A stretch of 64,000 nt of DNA from Eledone cirrhosa (Eukaryota), in NCBI GenBank assembly GCA_964016885.1, contig OZ024762.1, forward strand, positions 3,410,001 through 3,474,000, written 5' to 3'. Both the position numbers and the translations under genes were made by a program. Positions 55,577 to 64,000 of this stretch are shown piece after piece (positions within the stretch are counted from its first letter, which is position 1; each line of letters starts with the position of its first letter). The notes beneath the pieces were generated by a model. The model was not told the DNA's origin and searched no databases. It saw nothing but the letters and a program-made list of their open reading frames with translations.

Positions 55577-56030
55577 AAAGGCAAAGGAGCTCTTAAGAGT
55601 CAATGGCCATCCAAAATCACCGGGAGAGATGACCCCTTAGCCTTTGTTAAGGCAGAATTCTAGGAGAAGGAAAACTCTGATATAGCACCTGCAACCCTGA
55701 TGGTATCCAATGATGTTGACTTGTTCTTCTTTTTGGTAAATATCATCTTGGTTAAGAGAGTGGGACTGGCTTTGTGCAGTGCCTTTGCTCACTATAAAAG
55801 CTTCACGGCACAGGCATTGCTTTATATCTGGAGATCTCACTGCACTTGTCGTCACATGGTACCATGGGCCCAGCACTATGTGTCAATAATTGTCACAAGT
55901 GTAGTGTTTGTACCAGAGTTTTCAAGTCGCTGGCTGGACTAAAAAGTCACACTCGTTCAGTGCATCGGTAGGGGTTCTCCTACATGGATATAAAGTAGTG
56001 GCCGTACTCGAAAACGAGTTGGCAGCCACC
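55577..56030 (+). mobile_element. Copy of the 40849-41456 element
   Basis: Near-identical reverse complement of 40849-41301. Confidence 0.8.
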
Positions 56031-56129
56031 ATGTACATACATATATACATACATACAAACATTTTTACATACATACATATAGACACATACAAACATTTTT
56101 ACATACATACATACACACACACATTCTTA

Positions 56130-56985
56130 CATGATGGCCGCACACTCGTGTTCGAACATTGCCATCGCCTGATAAAATGCTCAAAAATGTGAGGCACGAA
56201 AGTGGCTCTTTAAACCAGCCAAAGACTTGCACCCTCTGGCACAAACATGGCAACTGTAGGCTTCTCTGGGACTTTCCATTGCTTGGTTCTGATTGTGTGT
56301 TCTCATAAGGCATTCCAAAAACTTGCCCAAGAACAGTCTAGGGAGGACCTCGTGTGTCTTGTTGGTGGCAGTCTAAAGACATGTCCAAGAAATCTGAGAC
56401 AACGATCTTTCACTGAGATGCTTAGTGCTTTCTGCTTGGTTCTTCCATAGACTTCTTCATTGGTTATTTTGTCTTGCCAAGAAATGTTAAGAATTTTTCC
56501 GAGGCACTTCTGGTGGAATACATCTAGCTTGTGGGCAAGTCCTGCTGTCATCTTCCACGTTTCACTGCCATAGGTGGCAGCTGGGATGACCAGAGAATTG
56601 TACAGAGCTATCTTGCGTTTTAGAGTCATCTGATTAGATTGCCAGATGTTTCTAAGACTCCCAAAGACAGAGCCTGCTTTTCCAATTCTGTTCGGCACAT
56701 CTTGCTCCCTGCCACGCCCGATTTCTTGTGTTGCTGCTTCTGTAGCTGATTAAACTTCTTATCGAAGCAGGGAGCTGACCTACCACTGAACCACCTTGCA
56801 GTTACTTGGTAAGGCTGAAGAAGGATCTTAGCCTCTGAAAACTAGTCCCCCTGGTCTGTCCGTCAACCACTGCAGCTGCCAGTGAACTTAACAGTTGCCA
56901 TCACAAGAAGGTAGACCGGAGCTATTTTGTCTACTCCCAGGTCGGTTGTCCCCTCACATCACATACTTCATATTGCACAAGTCAT
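56130..56985 (-). mobile_element. Second RTE family (BovB-like C-terminus), probably internally deleted
   Basis: RIGKAGSVFGSLRNIW..KRKIALYNSLVIPAATYGSETW..CLGKILNISWQDKITNEEV..LRFLGHVFR. Confidence 0.8.
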
Positions 56986-57272
56986 AGAGGTGAATATGTA
57001 TCCGATATCAGAGATGGTTTCCTCTTTGGTGTCCACCATTCCGCAAGTATGATGAGAGAAAACACAGAAATATATACACATGTATACGTTATTTGGATGA
57101 CCGTTGACACTATTGAGTTCCCCCGCCCTTTGCTGCAGGCTGTCCAAAAATCACCCTCGCCAACAATCAAGCTTGGTGGGGAGACAGATTTTGTCGCCGA
57201 CGACCAGACCATGTCGGATGTCAGGTGGCGCTCGAGTGCTACTGGTAACATGTATCCCAGCACAACCTGTAA

Positions 57273-57873
57273 CATACATACATACACAGACACACATACA
57301 TACATACATACATACATACACACACAGACACACATACATACATACATACATACATACATACATACATACATACATACATACATACATACACACACAGACA
57401 CACATACATACATACATACATACATACATACACAGACACACATACATACACAGACACACATACATACATACATACATACACAGACACACATACATACATA
57501 CATACATACATACATACATACATACATACATACATACACAGACACACATACATACATACATACACACACAGACACACATACATACATACATACATACATA
57601 CATACATACATACATACACAGACACACATACATACATACATACACACACAGACACACATACATACATACATACATACATACACAGACACACATACATACA
57701 TACATACACACACAGACACACATACATACATACATACATACACAGACACACATACATACATACATACATACATACATACACAGACACACATACATACATA
57801 CATACATACATACATACATACATACATACATACATACACACACAGACACACATACATACATACATACATACAC
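57273..57873. repeat. (CATA)n / CAGACACA compound satellite
   Basis: Directly visible. Confidence 0.95.
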
Positions 57874-58605
57874 AATGCAATACAGGAACAAGAACTCCCT
57901 ACCAAATATCTGCTGCACAAAAGAGGAGGGCCAGCAGCTGACAATAAATGTAGGCTATGTAAAACAAAGATCGAGGATGTAAGCCACATTGTTGCCAGCT
58001 GCGAAAGAATGTCATCTCGCTACTACCTCCCCATGAGACACGATGGGATAGCTAGAACCATCTGGAACGCACTTCGGAAAACAAAATTAACAACAAACGA
58101 GGAAGAATATATTGAGACAGATGGCACTAAGGAATACTGGTGGAACCTGAAAATAAAAACTGCCACCAGATTAAAGCACAACCGGCCTGATATTGTAGTT
58201 TGGGACCACACATTGAAAACGTGTTCTGTTGTGGAGATCAGCTGCCCACTTGATGTAAACGTTGTCAGAAAAATACAGGAGAAGGAGGACATCTACGGAC
58301 CATTGATGAGGAGTTTACAAATCCAGTATCCAAGATACACCTTTAGCTTCATACCCATCATTATTGGTGCTACGGGTTATATACCAACCCGCTTGGACCA
58401 AAGTATGACTGAACTTGGATTTGCGGACAAAAAGCGCAGCTCCCTAATTCATAGCCTACAAATGGCTGCGATAGCTGGCACCTTCAAAATTTGCAAAACA
58501 TTCTTGCGATTCAAGGGATGACAATTTCTTTTCTTTTACAACCTTGCCACCAGGAAGGTGGCCGGTCAAAAAAATATACTCGAAATTAAGAGAAAGAGAA
58601 AACAC
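57874..58605 (+). mobile_element. R4/Dong-like retrotransposon 3' end: CCHC knuckle plus restriction-like endonuclease, ORF open to 58521
   Basis: AIQEQ..CRLCKTKIEDVSHIVASC..YLPMRHD..NRPDIVVWD..VVEISCP.D.N..KIQEKEDIY..PIIIGATG. Confidence 0.92.
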
Positions 58606-59283
58606 AGACATACATACATACATACATACATACATACATACATACATACACAGACACACATACATACACAGACACACATACATACATACACAGACACACA
58701 TACATACATACATACATACATACATACATACATACATACATACATACATACATACATACATACACAGACACACACACATACATACATACATACACAGACA
58801 CACATACATACATACATACACAGACACACACACATACATACGTACATACATACATACATACATACATACACAGACACACATACATACATACATACATACA
58901 TACACAGACACACACACATACATACATACATACATACATACATACATACATACATACATACACAGACACACACACATACATACATACAGACACACATACA
59001 TACACACATACATACATACATACATACATACATACACAGACACACATACATACATACATACATACAGACACACATACATACACACATACATACATACATA
59101 CATACATACATACACAGACACACATACATACATACATACATACATACATACATACATACATACATACATACACAGACACACACACATACATACATACAGA
59201 CACACATACATACACACATACATACATACACAGACACACATACATACATACATACACAGACACACACACATACATACATACAT
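58606..59283. repeat. (CATA)n compound satellite
   Basis: Directly visible. Confidence 0.95.
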
Positions 59284-59284
59284 G

Positions 59285-59581
59285 ATGATGATGGCTGCCC
59301 CCTCGTTATCGAGTATGGCCATTGCACGATATACTATTATTAATAATTATCAATTAATTCTATCGGGCAATGCCTGTGCGTGAAGATATTTTTTAAAGTG
59401 AGGAAAGACTGTGCACTGAGCCAATCCCACTCTCTGAGCGACAGCAGTTATAACCCGAAAAGAAGAAAAGTGTGTAAATATGTATATACACATGTACATG
59501 TGTGTGTATATGTGTATATGCATGGGTGCATGTATATGTATATGCGCGGGGACATAGAAATAGTGGGGCTGGACACCCGAT
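59285..59581. mobile_element. Rearranged copy of the 61525-61982 element
   Basis: 59291-59467 inverted and 59467-59581 direct, relative to the 61.5-62 kb copy. Confidence 0.75.
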
Positions 59582-59846
59582 CTGCCCAGCAGATGCCAAT
59601 ATAATATCAAAGATTAGTGAAAAGGAGAATATTTATGCAGAACTGATGAGAAATCTGCAGATACTCCACCCTGATTACACTTTCAGATTTATACCTGTGA
59701 TTATAGGGGCACTGGGGTATATTAGTAACTGCCTGAATACAAATCTTGAGAAGCTGGGCTTCACAGGAACAGAAAGAACACAACTAGTTAGGATATTACA
59801 AGTACAATCCATTAATGGAACAGTAAAAATATGTAAAACATTCCAA
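59582..59846 (+). mobile_element. R4/Dong-like endonuclease end
   Basis: Near-identical to 40439-40703. Confidence 0.85.
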
Positions 59847-59966
59847 ACGAGATGTAAAATTCCATTAATATGTTACCAGTCGGACGTGTTCACTTCGCCG
59901 ACCAATATATATATATATGTGTGTGTGTGTTTGTGTATGTGTGTGTATGTGTATGTTTTGTGTATA

Positions 59967-60337
59967 CAATTGTCCCACGGTATTTGCAGGAAGTTACGTT
60001 CCTAGAGCCCCCGTGAAGAGTGAAAAATCGCGAATATTGGACGTGATCAATAAAAATGCCTCCAAACGTCAAAATATAACGTAAAATATAATTTAAAAAA
60101 AAAAGGAAGCGTTTTATGCGAAGGGGCGTCCAATAGGCCGGCAAATATGGTATATTGTTATACGGTATATTGTTATAATTTAGCGTAAAAAAATATTGCC
60201 ACGAAAAAAGCCATGAAAATATCGTGGAAGATATTTACGATTCCGCGAATATGCGGTGGTTTCCACGAACAGTTATTACTTAGGTTCTAAGGAAAATTCC
60301 GCGAATAACCGGTACAGCGAATGCCGGGGGTACATTG
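59967..60337. mobile_element. pogo/Tigger-like MITE
   Basis: TA flanks; imperfect TIR CAATTGTCCCACGGTATTTGCAG / CAGCGAATGCCGGGGGTACATTG. Confidence 0.6.
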
Positions 60338-60597
60338 TATATATATTTATACATTTCGTTTTTGTATTTGTTTTGTAAGATTTCTTATCTGAAAACGTGT
60401 GTTAAAAGAGATATTGTTATACTTCGGGAGGGTCATGTTGGAAATAAGAGCATACAAAGCCCAGAAAAACAAGATGGTGTAATCAGAACAAAGGAGAGAT
60501 ACAAAATAACACATTAGTCACTGGGGAGGTCACAGAATGTTTGACGAAAAATTACCGAGGTTAACATATGTTGATGCCCTAAGGACATATATATATA

Positions 60598-60683
<86 letters not shown>

Positions 60684-61209
60684 CACATACATATATATAT
60701 GCTTTAGCACGCCAAGTGTCAGTACATACGTCTTAGTACATATGTCCGCGTATCTACCTGGTAGGTGAGAAGAAAGCATTTACCTTCACTGTCAGCCATG
60801 ATAAGCCCTAACCTATATCCTCTGTTGATACCATCTGACATTAAGGGTGAGGCTAGTCACGCACATGATATCGCTTAGATTGTCGTGCTTAGATGGAATT
60901 AGACAACGAATGACCAAAACAAAGCAACAGGTCGACATGATGTAGCCGTGATAGGTATATTTCCAGCGTGTGGACAAGTCTCGTACATTGTCCTAGATAC
61001 ACCCATCAAATACATGTTTCCTTCTGGCTGATTAGATGATATACATGCCTTCTCATTATGGTTCAATTAGATCCGATAATCGATTAAAGGTGTTTATCAA
61101 TTTTTACATATTAGATATGTGTATACACTTTCTTACACGTTGGTACAGTCTCGGGTACACACTCCGTATGTGTTTATATATATATTATATATTTGTGTGT
61201 GTGTGTGTG

Positions 61210-61400
61210 TCGGGATCAATCGGCGGTAACCACAGTAAGTACGGTACTCAATACATAGCAGATTATGAATTTTTAATATAGAAAAGGCTTCTACAGGTCT
61301 AGAACTGTTTCATTCGAAGGAAATCATCAGGAAAGCTCTTTCCAAATGATTTCCTTCGAATGAAACAGTTCTAGTCCCGGAGAATCCATTTCTATATTAT
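61210..61400 (-). mobile_element. Family A fold-back with HHR (61287-61336, minus)
   Basis: gcTTTC-CTGATGA-TTTCcttcGAAT-GAAA-CAG..CTG-TA-GAAGc plus family A tail. Confidence 0.7.
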
Positions 61401-61405
61401 ATATG

Positions 61406-61489
<84 letters not shown>

Positions 61490-61524
61490 TGTGTGTGTGT
61501 ATATATGCATATATATATAAAGGG

Positions 61525-61982
61525 CGGAAGAACTCATAAGAGTCAACGGCCATCCAAAAGTGTGTAAATATGTATATACACAGTACATATGTATGTATAT
61601 CTGTATATACATGGGTGCATGTGTATGTATATGCGCGGGGACATAGAAATAGTCGGGCTGGACACCTGATCGTGCGGTTAAACCACTGGGAGTAAAGGAC
61701 CCCTAGCCTTTGTCAGGGCATTCTTCTAGGAGATGGCAACTCAGGAAACTGGGATGACTCCGATATAAAACCCGCGGCTCAGTAGTTACCGATGATGTTG
61801 ATCTATTCTTCTTTTCGGGTTATAGCTAGTCTCTCAGAGAGTGGGATTGGCTCAGTGCACAGTCTTTCCTCACTTTAAAAAATATCTTCACGCACAGGCA
61901 TTGCACGATAGAATTAATTGATAATTATTAATAATAGTATATCGTGCAATGGCCATACTCGATAACGAGGGAGCAGCCATCA
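61525..61982 (+). mobile_element. Non-autonomous retroelement related to 55577-56030
   Basis: Shared blocks aagagtcaaYggccatccaaaa, gacccc..agcctttgt, gagagtggga, cacaggcattgc, tactcga..acgag..gcagcca. Confidence 0.65.
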
Positions 61983-62043
61983 TATATATATATATATATA
62001 TACGATATTAACAAATGGAAACTATATTTATAAAACCATATCT

Positions 62044-62106
62044 ATTTTATTATACATATTTCAAGGATACCATGTTAAATTATGGTATGCTTTCATCAGA
62101 CAAAAT
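62044..62106 (-). ncRNA. Type I hammerhead (family E)
   Basis: ATTTTGT-CTGATGA-AAGcATACCAT..ATGGTATcCTT-GAAA-TATGTA-TA-ATAAAAT. Confidence 0.72.
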
Positions 62107-62163
62107 ACAATATATACCAGTTTTATAAATAAATATTGACATACCCTTTAAATAGAACTTTTG

Positions 62164-62226
<63 letters not shown>

Positions 62227-62239
62227 GTGTGTGTGTGTG

Positions 62240-62414
62240 TCCCGGGTTTAGTTGGGGGTAACCACAGTAAGGCACTCAATACATTAGTAGAGTGTATACA
62301 ACAAATTTAACATAGAAATGGTTTCTACAAGACTAGAACTGTTTCATTCGAAGGAAATTATCTTCGAATGAAACAGTTCTAGTCTTGTAGAAACCATTTC
62401 TATATTAAATTTGT

Positions 62415-62420
<6 letters not shown>
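62240..62420 (-). mobile_element. Family A fold-back lacking the CUGAUGA box
   Basis: Arms about 62296-62353/62362-62419 meeting at stem II; family A tail. Confidence 0.65.
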
Positions 62421-62467
<47 letters not shown>

Positions 62468-62814
62468 GGTAAACAGAAATAACAATACAATCGGTACAGT
62501 ATATGGAAGGGATATATTAGGTTAACGTTTCGGACGCTAGTCCTTCATCAGAAGAACGAATGAGAAATAAGATAGATTGAGGGGACGGGCGGGCGGGATG
62601 GAATTGGAAACAATGACTTTAGATAAAAATAACAGGTCCATTCATCTTTTGCAAAACTGTTGGTGCTGGCGTTTTGTGTATACAACAGTGTTATCTATCT
62701 TAGTTGATACGGAGTAACTTCCTGGTGATAAGGAGATCCTAGCGACCACTACACGGCAGTAGTATATCCCAAGTAGGTGATACTGAGTGACGGAATATTC
62801 ATTTTATCAAATAA

Positions 62815-62995
62815 TTGTTTCTACTTTTGGCACAAGGCCAGCAATTATCCCAGTGCATTTCTGGTACTTTATTTTATCGACCCCGTAAGGATGAAAGGCA
62901 AAGTTAACCTCGGCGGGATTTGAACTCAGACCATAAAGGACCGTAACTCTATGCTGCAAAGCATGGCGTCCGACACTACCGATACTGCCGATTCA
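62815..62995 (-). mobile_element. Meta-type SINE
   Basis: Reverse complement of 7950-8068 plus head. Confidence 0.7.
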
Positions 62996-63056
62996 CATCA
63001 AATAATGGTAGTTAAGACAGGATTAAATTAATTATGTCCTGCATAAACAAAAACTA

Positions 63057-63095
<39 letters not shown>

Positions 63096-63389
63096 AATAA
63101 TGATGAAAGACCCGTTACATCATTACTGACGGCTTAGTTACATTAACACTTTGATAAAACAATGTTTTTAAGAAAGGCCGCTGACGATGCTGAAAATCAG
63201 ATTATTAATCTCTAGAAGGAATAATTATTCTATTTTTATACATAATTAAATACACAGTTAATTACTATTATGCCTGTGTATCTTAACTGACTAATTAATT
63301 ATCTGGTCAGTTATTATGTCCGTATTTAATACCATATTGTAGAAACAGACGTGTTTCTTTACTGCAGTAATGGCCGCTGTCAAATTTTT

Positions 63390-63486
<97 letters not shown>

Positions 63487-63611
63487 CCTCTCTCTCTCTC
63501 TCTCTCGACTGGGACTGGCACTGGTCTAGGCTGGTCTGGATACCATTTCTCTGTCACCTGAAGTCTGGATGGCTGCAGGAACAAAGAAGAAACGGTTAGG
63601 CAATGTATATA

Positions 63612-63711
63612 CAGGGTATCCCAATATATATATAGACACACTTCAACAGCATTCTAATAAATATTGTTTGTACAGTTAATCAAAGTGTGTATACATTTTG
63701 GGGACATCTTG
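63612..63711. mobile_element. Tc1/mariner MITE copy
   Basis: Homologous to 32481-32588; TA flanks. Confidence 0.7.
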
Positions 63712-63803
63712 TATATACATACACGATAAAGATAATTGTGAAGTTGGGAGAAAATGTTTACCGTAAGTATATATATATACTTACGATAAATATGTATATG
63801 TAA

Positions 63804-63849
<46 letters not shown>

Positions 63850-63963
63850 TTATATATATATATATGTGTGTGTGTGTGTATGTGTTGGAGTTCACGAAAA
63901 ATAATTAAAATTGGCAATTAATAATATTTTGTCTAATTATATTGGACAAAAAATAACAAATTA

Positions 63964-64000
63964 GTCACTGAGGAGGTCACAGAATGTGTGACGAAACTGC
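63964..64000 (+). ncRNA. Hammerhead family G, cut by the window edge
   Basis: GTCA-CTGAGGA-G-GTCACAgaatgTGTGAC-GAAAC... Confidence 0.55.

Noticed and set aside
57049-58521. 490-aa ORF as one protein
   Set aside because: Chance fusion of a repeat fragment, CATA satellite and the R4 3' end; only 57874-58521 is protein-like.
63170-63385. CTGACGA at 63181 and similar isolated core boxes (6052, 25479, 50497)
   Set aside because: No convincing three-stem hammerhead fold.
63529-63594. Possible small exon after the (TC)n tract
   Set aside because: Weak splice signals, no recognisable peptide and no partner exon.

Overview
Eukaryotic, AT-rich DNA saturated with (TA)n, (CA)n, (CATA)n and (GGT)n microsatellites. 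The SINE/LINE repertoire suggests an octopus (coleoid cephalopod); this is an inference. Nearly all ORF-track entries are microsatellite artefacts. One host gene is well supported: a 10-Cys Ly6/uPAR three-finger (quiver/sleepless-like) GPI-type protein, with coding exons 9988-10128 and 19334-19578 on +; its signal-peptide exon was not found. The rest is mobile DNA: RTE, CR1 and R4/Dong-like LINE fragments, a Penelope-like (PLE) GIY-YIG fragment, tRNA-derived CORE- and Meta-type SINEs, Tc1/pogo/piggyBac derivatives, several minisatellites and a 200-N gap. The most striking signal is about 25 candidate type I hammerhead ribozyme (HHR) motifs in about 12 sequence families, found by eye, including U3-A8 and A4 core variants. 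They sit in short fold-back modules embedded in (TA)n tracts. These look like Penelope pseudo-LTR ends, and one is physically attached to the PLE endonuclease ORF.
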